The translations under genes and the position numbers were made by a program. The notes beneath the pieces are model-generated. The model was given only the letters and a program-made list of their open reading frames with translations. It had not been told where the DNA came from and did no database searches. Below are positions 49,680-62,047 of a DNA stretch of 64,000 bases, one piece after another; within the stretch, counting starts at the first letter, position 1, and every line of letters starts with the position of its first letter. Source of the DNA: Lama guanicoe (taxonomy: Eukaryota). The stretch covers positions 20,357,082 through 20,421,081 of the forward strand of contig MU054323.1 in assembly GCA_013239625.1 (NCBI GenBank), in the 5' to 3' direction.

Positions 49680-50150
49680 AAGCTGTTTCATGTAAGGTAC
49701 CTTATTTGATCCTCCCACCAATTGATAGAGGTGGGCAAGAAATGGACTACTGTCACTACTTGCAAAATGAAGAAACTGGGGCCCAGAGGGATCGCAGATG
49801 TGTCCAAGGCCACACAGCTGGATGGTGGCAGAGCTGGGATGGGGAATTGATGGGGAATGCACTCTAAGCTAGGTCTTTTCTGGGATGCTGCCTTGCAGAG
49901 CCTGGGCACAGGGGTGTGGAAGGGGCACAGTCCAGAGGCAGACATGGAGGTGGTAGATGAGGCGGGAGATTTGGAATCAGAGGACCTGCCTTAGGATCTG
50001 GACGTCATCTCTTTCTCAGAAGTTAGTTACCACCTTGAAGCGTCAGTTTCCTCACTGGTAACGTGGGGATAACAACCCCTTTCCACTCGCACCCACCAGG
50101 GTTATTGTGAGGCCCCAAGAAGAGATAAAGTGAGTGGAGCATAGTTGCAC
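49680..50150. mobile_element. Two MIR fragments in opposite orientation
   Basis: Antisense aatgaagaaactggggcccagag...aaggccacacagct (~49765) and sense cagtttcctcactggtaacgtggggataaca (~50044). Confidence 0.6.
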
Positions 50151-51445
50151 ACTGCGGAAGGCCGCCCCCATGCTCGGTTCCAGGAAGGCTGGAAGGCTGG
50201 AAGGCTGGACCCTTTTGCGCTGTTCACACCCTTCCTTTGGGGGAGGCAGAAGGCTCAGAATTAGTCTTCACTTCTGTCCTCCCTGCTTCCCCCGGGATCG
50301 GGGCTGAGTGTTTTCTTCTTGGAAAAACAAAAAAATCAAAGCAGTGGCAGAAAAACCAACAGCTCATTTCTGCTTCCCCTCGGCTGCCCTTCTGCTGTCT
50401 GGGGCCAAGAGGAGAGGATGTTGCTGGAGGCCTGGGCTTGGCTGGGGCCTTTCAGAGTCCTCCCTGCCCTGCAGGGGCCACCAGGAGAGGTCTGGATGGC
50501 ATTTGTCATCTGTTCAGAGGCCAATGCTGGCAGTGCTCTGAGGTGTGGGACCCCGATCTTCCTCGGGAGACAGGGCAGGAAGGAGAGGAGCCCAGCGCTC
50601 TCAGCCCAGGCCATCACCGCCTGAGAGCGCCGAGGAACCACCTGGGCTCGCCAGAGAAACGTGTCCGGTCCCCTTAACTGGAAGTCATCGTTCATTTCAG
50701 TTGACATCTTTCTGGCCATTTGCAAAATGGAGTTCAGAATCCTGTGAGTCTCTTTTTTACCCCCTGTGATGATCAGCAGATGAGTTTTCAGGGTGTGTTG
50801 ATCTTTTTCTAGAAACAGGGAAAGACCAGTTTCAGAGGAGAAACAAAACCTACAGCCCACATGTTGCGGGCACAGCCGGGCGACCCCAGACGGGAGCGGT
50901 GCGGGTCCTGGCCCTCTGCCCTGAGGCGGTGTCTGCTGACGTGGCTTCCCATCCAGACCCGAGGTCTTCACCTGGGACGGTTAGCTGGGCCCACTGGTTC
51001 ATCCATGTCTCCTAAGTCATGTCTTGGGGGGGGTGGGAGTGGGGGTCTTTACTCAGAACTTAGTTATGGCAGCAAAAGGGACTGGTTGAGAAAAGCCTAA
51101 CCTCTAGCACAGATGAACGCTATATGGCCTTCTAAACAGTTAGGCACAGGCTCAGGGAGTATCAGGTATGTGTCTGACATTAATTACCAGTCTCTCCTCA
51201 ACAAGGGATTGAGAAAGGAATGTTCTAGTCCGGGTTCCAGCCCAGGTTTCAGGCAGTATCCAGGTTCTGCCCATTCTTCTGGTCCTCTTGTTCCAAACCA
51301 TTTGGAGTCCCATGTGGTTCCATGCCAGCTGCTCCCTTTCTTCCTAGGGCGTGCCTAGGAACTCTTAGTTTCTCTGATTTCCCAAGGTCAGACTTAGAAT
51401 ACAGCATTCAACAGGTATGGTTTCAAAATTCTATTTTTTTTTTTT

Positions 51446-51513
51446 NNNNNNNNNNNNNNNNNNNNNNNNNNNNNNNNNNNNNNNNNNNNNNNNNNNNNNN
51501 NNNNNNNNNNNNN
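51446..51513. other. Assembly gap (68 N) inside a poly(T) tract
   Basis: N run flanked on both sides by T homopolymer. Confidence 1.
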
Positions 51514-52349
51514 TTTTTTTTTTTTTTTTTTGCTGTTTGTGATACCACAGGCTTGTCTGGAGACTGGAAATAGTGGCAGGGTGTGGGGAGGATGGCTCTC
51601 AGCCAGTGTACATTCTGCTAAAAATTAGGTGGCTGTGCCAAGATCCTTCTTTCTGCTGCTACTGCGGTAGGTGCAGTTCTCCTAGCAGCCTTGGATTTTG
51701 ATAGAATAGGAAAGGTACAACTTCTGAATATTTTATCCAAGGGTTTTCCTCTGTTTACAATAAAACCTTTTTCTAAACTAATTACCATGTAGCTATTCAC
51801 TGCCAGGTGTCTGTACACATACCCACACGTGTTACTGCAGCATACTCCCCCAAAGGCCAGGCATGAGGCAGAATCAGAGGCTATAGGCTTCGCTCTTAAT
51901 GTGTGTTATAAGGGTTACCAGGGAAAATCCAGGAAGGCTGATCACGTAGTTACCGGGCTTTGTTTGAGGGGCACAAATCATGGCCTTCATGGGGCTGAAT
52001 TTATAGGGCTGTGATGAGACTTCATTCATTGGCTGTAGGGTTTAGGTGTCAAGGTCCTAATCTCATCATTGTGGTTGGTCTTAAATGGCTTAGGTGGCGT
52101 CTTCCCTTGTCTACCCTCCCCTTCTTCCATCCTCTTCTACACATCCCTGGAGTTATTGTCCTGATCTTCAGTGATCAGACCCAAGAGCCTCCTTGGGGAA
52201 GACCCAAGTTCTGCTGGCCACCATCCTAGGGCTTCAGGTAGGAGATAACTGTCTCTCAGGGCTTCCCTTGGCCTGTAGGAAGGAGAGACCTTTGGATCTG
52301 AGGTCACAGAAGCACCATTACGTACCCATCTCCCAGATTTCTTTTCACC

Positions 52350-54380
52350 CCTTCCAGGGAACTTGTATGCTGAAGAGCAAATAACCAAGGTAAAATCTTA
52401 AGAGCAGGCAGAGAGAAAAGACACAAAAGACTGACAGCTGAGGGGGAGGATATAGCTCAAGTGGTAGAGCACATTCTTAGCATGCATGAGGTCCTGGCTT
52501 CAACCCCCTGTACCTCCTCTAAAAATAAATAAATAAATAGACCTAATTACCCCCCCAAAAGACTGACAGCTGAATTCTCAAGTGAAACAATGGGAGCCAG
52601 AAGACAATGAAGTAATATCTTCAAAGCCCTGAAAGAGAGTAAGTACCAAGTGGAAGTCTATAGAAGCTCAGGTATCCTTCCAAAATAAAGAAGGAATAAA
52701 TATACTTTCAGAAAAACAGCACTTGATAAACCTCACCACCAGCTGACCTGCACCAAAGGAAATACTAAAGGGTGTTCTGCAGGCAGAAGGAATATAAACT
52801 CAAATATAACCTGGGAGATGCAAGAAGGAATGAAAAACAGTAGAAACAATAAACATGGGTGTGAATTGTAAATGAATGCTGACGACAGCTACAGCCACAG
52901 TGATACCTTGTGGGGTTTTAAATGTATAGTGAATTAAAATATCTGAAATCACACGATAACAGCATGTTGGAGGATGGTGGGAGAGTTGCATTATCCAAGA
53001 AGTGGTAGGAGGACTTGTTCGTATTAGACTTTGATTAGCCAAAGATAGATGTTGCAACCACATCACATTAAAAAAATAGCAAAAACACTAAAGTGTATTA
53101 TTCTCAAAAGAGTAAGTCAAGTGGCACTGTAACAACATTGAATCACTCCAGAAGGAGGCATGAGAGGTTCACAGGACAGGCAGGATGAGTACAAAGCAAA
53201 TAAGATGATAGATGAAAACCCATTATAACAGTAATTAAACACAGAAGGATTAAACATTCCATTTAAAGTACATAATTGTCGGAGCAAATAACAAAACACA
53301 ACTATATCCTGCTTACAAGAGACAGGTTTTAAATATAAGTGTACAGAAATATTGGCAGAAAAAATGATAAAATATACTGTACAAAGAAAGTTAAGAGTGG
53401 CTATGTTTATATCAAATGCAATAGAATTTAAGGCAAAAAACTATTAGTAGAGTTAGTGATACTTCACCGTAATACAAGGTTCAATTAACCAGGAAGCTAA
53501 AACAATTCTAAAGTTGTATGAGTCTAATAATATTACCTCAAAGTAAACAAAGCAAAAATGACAGAACTAAAAGAAATAGAAAATCCACAATCATGTATAT
53601 GGGAGACTTTATATATCTCTTTCAGTGAGAGGTGTATAAACCAAGCAGAAAAAATACCCAGTAAGGATACAGAAGATTTGAACAAGATGATTAATAAACG
53701 TGAATTACTGAACATAATTTCCAACAACTTTAAATACACATTTTTTTGCCATTGTAGATGGAACATTTACAAAAATTGATGCTACGTGGGGCCATAAAGC
53801 ACATCTCAACAAGTTTCAAAGGATTGAAATGAATATATTCACTGACTACACAGGAATTAAGCTTAAAACCAGCAACAGAAATGATAATTAGAAAATCCTC
53901 AAATGTTTGGAAATTAATCAGTATTTTTCTAAACTGATAACTGATGTCAAAGAAGAAATCACAATAGAAATAAAAGAATCTTGAACTGAATGATGATAAA
54001 GACTACATTGCAAAACATGTAAGATGCAGTTAAAGCAAGACTTAGGAGATTTATAGCCTCAAATGCTTATGTTAGAAAAGAAAAGCTGAAAATCAGTGAT
54101 TTAGATGTGCAGCTCAGGAAGTTAGAAAAATAAACTAAACTCAAAGCAAACTAAATCCAAATGATAGAAATAATGAAGATGTGAGCATAAATTAACGAAA
54201 TTGGAAACAAATTTTAGAAAGAATCCACAGAGTTGGCCCTATGAAAAGGCCAGTAAAATTAAAAAGCCTCTGGTCAAATTAATCGGGGGTGCATGAGAAA
54301 GAGGGGGAGAGAGATAGGAACTAATTGATATCAACAATAAGAAAGGGGACTTTAATACAGATCCTACAGATTCTGTAATA
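52350..54380 (+). mobile_element. Old L1: ORF1 end, inter-ORF region and degenerate ORF2 endonuclease
   Basis: A-rich strand; near 53248-53325 short frames read GLNIPFK and TTISCLQET (L1 EN motifs GLNSPIK, PTICCLQET); many stops and frameshifts. Confidence 0.85.
52442..52555 (+). mobile_element. vic-1-like SINE inserted in L1, with TSD
   Basis: Perfect flanking repeat caaaagactgacagctga at 52424-52441 and 52556-52573. Confidence 0.92.
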
Positions 54381-55205
54381 AGAGACTTTGATGGACTTTG
54401 GCCATCAGCAGCTCCTGTCCTGATTGACTGGTTCTGGGTAAATCAGGGGATGGCCAACCAGCACTGGCTCCCTGAGCCTCTGCCCTCTGCCCCTTCCCTG
54501 ACCTGCTTTTGGGGGCAGTGACCACTTGGCCACTCACTGCTCTCCTAGGACCCCAGGGCTCTCCCTGTGAGCAGGGGGAGGGAGCCTCAACTTCAGGAAG
54601 GGCAGGAAGCAAGCTTAAAAAAGCACATTCCTTGGCAGGTTGAAAAACATTTTTTTTTTTTGAGTGTAAAGACTTAACCTTTGCTAGGAAATGGCTGCGG
54701 TATTTTCTTTAAATGAAAAGAGACCATTGTGAATCGAACTTTGGAAAATACACAACATCCTGGTGCTGTTCTCCAGGGCGGTCTCAGGCAGCCCACGTCA
54801 AGCCGGCTCTGCCTTTCCTCCAGATGGTCTCTCCATGCACGGTTGAAGAGGCTGGATCGGGGGACTGGTCCCTGGCAAGGTCATGAGGATGCTGAACCCC
54901 TCCCCCGCAGGGGACCTTGGGCAGACGTGCCTTCTTGTTTCCTGCAGCGGCCTCCATTCAGGACCAGCCCCATGCTTTCTGGGCCCAGTGCAAGACAAAA
55001 ATGCCCTGGTTCCAGAGCTATTAAGAATTTCAAGATGGTGACAGCAGAGCATTAAACCAAGTATGGGGCACTTACGGTCTCAGGCCCTTGTCAGTGAAGG
55101 GACCTGTGTGACCACATAGGTCACAGGCCTGGCCTCCACTGACTCTGGCATAGTATCATTCTCATTCTGCAGGCTAACCTGAGTTTTTGAAACTTCTTTC
55201 TTGAA

Positions 55206-55345
55206 GGGGAGGGTATAGCTCAAGCTCAGCATGCAAGAGGCCCTGGGTTCAATCCCCAGTGCCTCCATCAAAAAAATAAATAACTAAATAAAACCTAATT
55301 ACCTCCAACCCCCTCAAAAAAAACTAAACCAATACAAAATGAACT
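55206..55345 (+). mobile_element. vic-1-like SINE with internal deletion in the D-arm region
   Basis: ggggagggtatagctcaagctcagcatgcaagaggccctgggttcaatccccagt...aaacctaattacctcc; lacks the tggtagagcgcat segment. Confidence 0.85.
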
Positions 55346-55936
55346 TAAGAAAAGAAACTTCTCTGTTGGGTGATACCTCCAGGGCTAGACACAGACCCCA
55401 CGTGACACAGGGCAGGACCTGGGGCCTCCTTTTGGGGTCCCCTCCCCACCCCTGGGTTCCCACATACCACAGCTGGCAACAATTTCCCAACCTGGCTTTT
55501 CCCTCAGATTTCATTCCCGTCACATTTCATAGACCATGCTCCTCGGTGGTGAAAACATTCTGGGTTTAATCTGTGCCGGCTTGTCACCCGGGGGTCTGGG
55601 GTAATCAGGGAACGCAGAACAGCTGCATTGAGCGCTGGGTTCCTTGACGCTCCTTGAGTTGTTTACAAGCCTCCTTAGAGGGCCTACTGTAAATAGGAAA
55701 GTACAAACACATGCCGACTTTGCAGCAAATTAAAACCATCCGCTGCTTTCCCTGAATCCTAACACACAGCGGTCTGTGTTTGTGCAGGAGTCACTGCCTT
55801 GCGTGCTACTCCCAGACTTGTGTAGCTCTCTGCTAAGCCAGCCCGAAGCATTTGTGCTCTTCAGGATCCACGAGACCTTCCATGTCCGAGATCCTCGTTC
55901 CCAGGGTCAGCTTGACCTCCCAAGCCCAGACCCTCT

Positions 55937-56240
55937 CCAGGGCTGTGCTGTCTAATACAGCGGCCACTGGCCACCTGTGGCTCTTGATCACTTGAGATGT
56001 AGTTAGACTGAGCCGAGATGTGTTGATTGTGGAGAAATCCACACTGGACTTGGAAGGCTTAGCACAAGAGTGTAAGATCGCTCATCCATAACTGCACATT
56101 GATTACATATTGAAATGACAATATTACTTATATAGTGGATAACAATTTATTAACGTTAATTTCATGGTTTTTTTCCTTTTTAATGTAGCAACTAGAAATT
56201 GGCTTATGTCATCTTTCTTTTTGGCAGCACTGCTCTAAAG
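55937..56240. mobile_element. MER33-like hAT-Charlie element
   Basis: ctgtgctgtctaatacagcggccactggccacctgtggct...gattacatattgaaatgacaatatt...ttggcagcactgctcta. Confidence 0.75.
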
Positions 56241-56469
56241 CCCCTTTTGTGGTATTTCCATGTCCAAGCCTATGTAAATTTTACACACATACACACACAC
56301 ATGTGAGCAACTGACAGAGCCCTGGAAGGAAAACCAGGTGCAGTAAGCTTTTATGACTCAACGCCAAATGCCACCTTCTCTAGGAAAACTCAGAATGTCC
56401 CAGGGCCACCTAACACTACCAGCCCAGGGACCTTGGTTTGGCCGTTGGTGATGTCAGAGTGGGGACTCC

Positions 56470-56710
56470 AGAGTCTAGAGGACCTGGGTTCTAGGCCTAC
56501 CACGTATGAGCTGTGTGCCCTTGAATGAGTGACTTACCACTTCATGCCTTGGTTTTCTAATCTGTAAAATGGGAATTACAACACCCTAGTGCAGAATCAG
56601 GATGGTGGTCCAGGTGTCTGTCTGCCTCACAGGCTTGTTGTGAGGACATTAGGATGAGGCACAGAAAGCCCTTAGCTCAGAGGCCTTTGCAGTGCCATGA
56701 GCTACTGTGG
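56470..56710 (+). mobile_element. MIR SINE
   Basis: gacctgggttctaggcc...agctgtgtgcccttgaatgagtgactt...tctgtaaaatgggaatta. Confidence 0.75.
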
Positions 56711-57149
56711 ACACCCGTGGGGCTGGATTTCACAGGCTCAGGAGCCTCTAAGGAAGGAATGGGGCAAGCCTAGGGGCACCAGGCAAGTGTGGGACCCGTG
56801 CTCCTGGGGAGGCTCCAGGGTGAGTGGAGAGACCTCGTCCTAGCCAGGACGCAGTGCCAGAGGATGCAGTCCAGAAAGGGCCCAGGCAGGATGCCAGTTT
56901 GGAGGGCCTGGGATTGGTGGGGCTGGAGGGAGGCCGGACTGATGATGGAACCCAGAAGATGAGTGAGGAATGGACAGTTCTGCTCTCAGTTGTTTGAACT
57001 CACAGCATTCCCCCCAGCTGGGGCCGAACCAATGGCCGAACCAAGACTGGAGGGGTGGGCTCAGATCATGTTCCAGGCCCTAACTGGGGTCTAGGTAGGC
57101 AGTTCTGGGATGTCAAGCTCATTTTTCTCTTGCCCCTTACCAAATTAGG

Positions 57150-57620
57150 GTAATATTTGTTGATAAAAGGAATAAATCCCAAAATGTCAGTGACTGAGCA
57201 CCAGAGATTTTAATTCTCACTCATAACAGTGCAAGGTGGATGTTCCTGCAGGAACAGAAGGCCTGCAGGAGGCCTTCTATGTGGTGATTCATGGATCCAG
57301 GCTCCTTGCATCAATGGCTCCGCCCTCCCTTATGGCCTCAAAGTCCTCTGCACTTCTCTTTACCACCTTGACCTGGATGTGACAGCTCAGTGACAGAACT
57401 GGTCGTATGCCCCACCCCACGCAAGAGTGGCCGGGTAATGAATATATGTACGTATGTGCATGACTGGGACATTGTGCTGTACACCAGAAATGGACACATT
57501 GTCACTGACTATACTTCAATTTAAAAAAATAAAAGAGTGGCTGGGAAATAGCAACTCTGCATGGTAGAAGGAAGAGCACCCACTTCCAGTGGCTGTCTCA
57601 GAAATAGCGACTCTGCAGGG
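57150..57620 (-). mobile_element. MLT1-type LTR interrupted by a short L1
   Basis: aaatcccaaaatgtcagtgact...gtgattcatggatccaggctcctt...agaactggtcgtatgccccacccc...aagagtggctgggaaat. Confidence 0.55.
57440..57532 (+). mobile_element. 5'-truncated lineage-specific L1 3' end with TSD
   Basis: gcatgactgggacattgtgctgtacaccagaaat...tgactatacttcaattt plus A-rich tail; flanks aagagtggccgggtaat (57423-57439) and aagagtggctgggaaat (57533-57549). Confidence 0.85.
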
Positions 57621-59139
57621 AGAGCTGACCCAGCACCCTGGCCTCCTTTCTCCCCACCAGGCCCCCAGCCCTTGCCTGAGACGTCTGCTGGTCACGGTGG
57701 CCAGGCCAGGTTTTGAGAGGGCTCTTGAAGAGGAACAGAGGGAACAAACGTGGACACTCGGTCCGGAATGACACAGGCGGATGCACTCCACGCACACACC
57801 ATGTTCTTACACTTGAGCCAGCTTCCTCCTCCCTGGGAAACCACATGGGGGTTCTGGTCTTGAGAGAGATGGAGTGCTGTGAGCCAGGCCTGCAGTGTGG
57901 GTCTGAGAAGGATGTGGGCAGATGGATGCAGGACCAGATGTCTGTACTGATGCAGAGTGTCAGGCCCCTCAGAGAGAGGTAAATGGTGAAGGCCAGAATG
58001 GATCACATGAATGAGTCGGGCCTTTCCTTTGGGCAATCAGGGAAGGCTTCCTGGAGGCTAAGGCGTGACAGATAGGGAGAGAGGAAGCACTTTGGGATTC
58101 CCAACAGTGTTCCCACGTGTGTGGTACTTTGTCGTTTCCAAAACCAGCGAGGCAGGCAAGACAGGGAGGCAAGGACAATCACCTCCATTTGATCAGGGAA
58201 GAAAGAGAGGACCAGAGTGGCCGACCTTCTGGCCCAAGTTTGCACAGGAGTTTCTGAGTGAGAATGCAGTTGTTGGCCTAGCAGCTCTGGGCTCTTTGTA
58301 TAAGCCTGATGAGCATGTTTCTCCCTCAAGGCTGGTCAGTGTTGGGTCCCCAGGTGTTGCTGGAAAACTCTCATCCAGGGGCCTGGCCCTCCCTGGGGGC
58401 TTCTCCAGGCTGGGTGCTCAGCCTCCCCTACAGAACATGTGTTTCCTGTTTTCCTTCGCCCTCTGGCTGAGGACGGAGAACAGGGTTTTCCTGAGCGGAA
58501 GAGCCTCAGAGACCTGGCCCACTCCCAGCTAGTTCTGGCCGATCCGCCTGCTCGTGGCTCTTCTTACTCAGGATGAGGGGCCCCTTCACCCCCTGTCCAA
58601 GGATCTTTAAGGCCATTATCTCCCCTCACTCTCCCCGAACTCCTGAGACCTGGAATTCGAACCCAGGGCATTGACTCCCACCTTGGTGTTCTTTGAAGAC
58701 CCTTTGCTCATCAGCTAAACTCCTTGGCAAAACCTGGGGCTTTGTGCTGCCCTGGATCCTAGAAGCCAGGGCTGTGGGGCAGGTCTCCAGGCCCTGGGGC
58801 CTGAGTGAGGCAAGCCAGGACTTTGGCCAACCTTGCAGCCATGGGAGGTTCCAAGCTCTGAGCCCCCATCGTTTCCCACTTGTCCTGGGGTGGAGGCTGG
58901 GGCCAGTGGGTGACATCACCCCCTTTCCAGCCTGTATCATGTGAGGTTGGCATGATCTGGGGCTCAGCACATAACTGTGCTCTGAACCACAGAGTCAGCA
59001 ACTTGTCCCACTGCCTGGTCCCTGCTTCTTGGTTGAGAGAGATACTTGGAATGAAAGAAGAGGAAGGGCGGAGAGCATTCCAGGTCTGCAGCACCTTGGA
59101 CTTCGGTGCTGGCGTGAACAGTCAAAAAAGAAAGACAGG

Positions 59140-59520
59140 TTTTTATAGAAGCAAGAATAGAATGGTGGTTGCCATTCTCTTAAAGGGAGGGGAAATTGGG
59201 GTGATAGAGGTCAAAGAGGACACACCTTCAGTTGTAAGAAGGGTAAGTTCTGAGGAACTAAGGTACAGCACGGTAACTAAAGTTAATAGCACGGTATTAG
59301 AGACTTGAAAGTTCCAGAGAGGACATCTTAAGCATTCTCACCACACATACACAAAAGGGTTAATTAACTATGTTCAATGTGAGTGATGGATGTGTTAATT
59401 ATCTTGATCTTAATAATCATTCCACAATGTATATGTTTATCAAATCATCACATTATGCACTTTAAATATATACAGTTGTGTCCATTGTTCCTCAATACAG
59501 TTAAAAAAAGAAAAAAAAGA
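59140..59520 (+). mobile_element. L1MA-type LINE 3' end with A-rich tail
   Basis: agaatagaatggtggttgcc...gtaagttctgaggaactaaggtacagcacggtaacta...gtgatggatgtgttaattatcttgat...tcaaatcatcacattatgcactttaaatatatac. Confidence 0.85.
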
Positions 59521-59899
59521 AAGGTGGCAGCCAGTGTCCCCCAGTGTAAGTCCCACCCTGTGAGTGGGGAATAAGAAGGAAGGACCTTCTCCATTTCTTC
59601 CCCTCCACTCCCCCTCCTCCTCTCAAGGAGGCCCCGAGGAGAACCTGGTCCTGGGTTTGGGAATGGCTCTTAGGGGTCTGTGTTATTCTGGGGAGAAAGA
59701 GACAAAGGTGTGTCAGGGTGCAGAGTCTGTGTGGATGCCCCTGTGTGAGTGGGTGCTGGGCACGTGAGAGGTGAGGTTCAGGCCCTGCCTTGGCCTATAA
59801 CAACCACCTCTGATGACCTGGCCTTGGGGCTTTGAAGTCCTCCTTCCTCCTGGAGGCTCCAGGCACAAGCAGTCCAGGTTTATTAGGTACAGGTTTATC

Positions 59900-61380
59900 T
59901 GGGGCTAATTTAACTTGTTAAGATAATTGTGCCACCAGGCCACAGCCCGAGGCCTCCGCCCCAGTAATTACCCTTCTCCTCACCTCTTTCATCTCCAAGG
60001 CTGCCCCCGTTTGCAGAGTCTTACTGGGCCCCTCACTTGCTGGGGTCCTTCCAAGGCCTTGGTGGTGGTGGTGGTGGGGTCCTGGCAATGCTCTCACACG
60101 GTCTCATGTTTTTGCAAAACCTTGCAGAAGTACGTTATTTCAACCACGGTCATTGAAGGCTGCTGTTTCTTTTCACCCTGACTTCCCCTCTGTCACATTT
60201 TCCCTCCTGTAAGGTGCTATTGAAATAACTATGGGCATTTTTGGGATCCAGCTTAGGGAAACTTGAGTTGGGAGTGCATTGAGTGAGGGCGAATATTTTT
60301 GTGGGAGGCAGTGTACGTATATAGCATTTCATAAATGTGGCTATTGGTCACTTCTGTGTATCATTACAGTTGCTGGGGGAGGGATGGTTTCCAGGAATCC
60401 TGCTTCCCATGGTGTTGACTCACCTGGTGTGATGCAGCGAGCATGTGTCCTATGGCTCTCAGGACAGGAAACTGTGGGAAGTGGTAGAGAAACAAGATTT
60501 GAAATGTACAGAGCCAGAAGCTAGTCTGTGGAAAGTTCTTTTAATCTTACGGCTCATGTATGAAACTGTTAAGGATTTACTCAACTGACAACAGTCCTAA
60601 AAATTCATGTGACATGAGTTGAGGAGCTGAAATAAACGTTTCTAAATTCTGAATAACTAAGTCCATAGTTCGACTGAGTATGTTAGGTTAATAGACCCTT
60701 CTATATTCTGTATGGAAAATGATATTATGAAATAATTGATTGCTCTATGATGAGTCAAAGAGAACATGCATCCTGAAATGTCAAGTATGATAAAGATGTG
60801 TCAGTGAGTTAATTTATTAGAATATTATTTTTGTTTGTGCATTTGTCAACTTAAAAAAATGATGTGACTTCTAGAAAAGAATGAGAAGCATTTAGAAAAA
60901 TTTTTTTATTGAAAGCATTTTTTTTAATTGAAGTATAGTCAGTTACAATGTGTCAATATCTGGTGTACAGCAAAATGTCCCAGTCATACAGATATATACA
61001 TATATTCGTTTTCATATTCTTTTTTGTTAAACGTTATTACAAGATGTTGAGTATAGTTCCCTGTGCTATACAGAAGAAATCTGTTTTTATTTAATTTTAT
61101 ATACAGTGGTTAATATTTGCAAATTTCAAGCTCCCAAATTTATCCCTTCCTACCCTCTTTCCCCAGTAACCATTACTATGTCTGCAAGTCTGTTTCTTTT
61201 GCAGATGAGTTCATTAGTGTCTTTTTCCTTTTTCTTTTTTTTAGTTAAGAATAAGAAGCATTTTAAAGAAATAAATATTCACTTTTTAACTTACTTTTGT
61301 ATTTTGTTTTTGGTTTCTGAAAGATGGCCCTCTAAGTTATACAAGTTTAAGGCCCCATGAAACTTGGACCCATTTTGGTG
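59900..61380 (+). mobile_element. hAT-Tip100 (Zaphod-like) transposon remnant with fossil transposase C-terminus
   Basis: From 60576 short frames read FTQLTTVLKIHVT*, S*GAEINVSK and SIFCMENDIMK, resembling the hAT dimerisation domain; right end aagttatacaagtttaaggccccatgaaacttggaccc. Confidence 0.6.
60894..61246 (-). mobile_element. Lineage-specific L1 3' end inserted in the hAT remnant, with TSD
   Basis: Flanks aagaatgagaagcattt (60877-60893) and aagaataagaagcattt (61247-61263); body ttaattgaagtatagtcagttacaatgtgt...tatagttccctgtgctatacag. Confidence 0.85.
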
Positions 61381-61747
61381 CTGCTGACATTTGTTTGTGG
61401 GGATGGGGTGAGGGAGAGGAAGTTGCCTAGAGAATCCACCACCCCCAATCCCATCCAGGGTGCCCAGAGTCAGGAGACAGGGCTGGGGAGGGGCCTAGTG
61501 GTCTTGGCCTCTGTCCACATGTTCCCTGTGGCTCAGGAGGACCTGCTGGGACATTTGGGCTCCTTTGCAAGGCCTCTCAGGCTGTCAGAACTTCCTGAAG
61601 GTAGGAGCTGGGTGAGCTGGTATCCTAAAGGCCCTTAGATCTTACTGTGTGTGTCTGTGGGCAGTGCAGGGGGGCCACAGAGAGAGGAAGATGTTCTTAG
61701 ATGTTCTTAGACCATTATTATCAAGCATTTCTATCTAATGGTTATTT

Positions 61748-61873
61748 CTTTTGGGGGGGGTAGGGAGGTAATTAGGTTTATTTATTTTGTTTTTTAGAGG
61801 AGGTACTGGGGATTGAACCCAGGACCTGGTGTATGCTAGGCATGAGCTCCACCACTTGAGCTCTACCCTCCCC
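61748..61873 (-). mobile_element. vic-1-like SINE
   Basis: ggaggtaattaggttt...agaggaggtactggggattgaacccaggacc...accacttgagctctaccctcccc. Confidence 0.9.
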
Positions 61874-61894
61874 ACTTGAATGATTTTTCCTTTA

Positions 61895-62008
61895 ATGTTC
61901 ATCTCCCCTAGAAGACTGTAAGCTTCATGGGGAAGGAATCCCAGAACCCAGCACAGTAGCTGGGATAGAGTGGTGCTTAATAAACCTTTATCAAAAGAAT
62001 GAGTTACA

Positions 62009-62047
<39 letters not shown>
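61895..62047 (+). repeat. L2 3' tail followed by (TAAC)9 microsatellite (62009-62044)
   Basis: tctcccctagaagactgtaagcttc...cccagaacccagcacagt...gtgcttaataaa, then a perfect taac array. Confidence 0.8.

Noticed and set aside
50336..50971. Longest ORF in the window (211 aa, minus strand)
   Set aside because: Non-ATG start, no recognisable domain or exon context; length is plausible by chance in GC-rich sequence.
51430..51531. Apparent very long poly(T), suggesting a retrocopy tail
   Set aside because: The centre is an N gap so the true length is unknown, and no recognisable retrogene body is adjacent.
53240..54380. Endonuclease-like coding remnants
   Set aside because: Belong to a decayed L1 ORF2 with many stops and frameshifts; not a host gene or active element.
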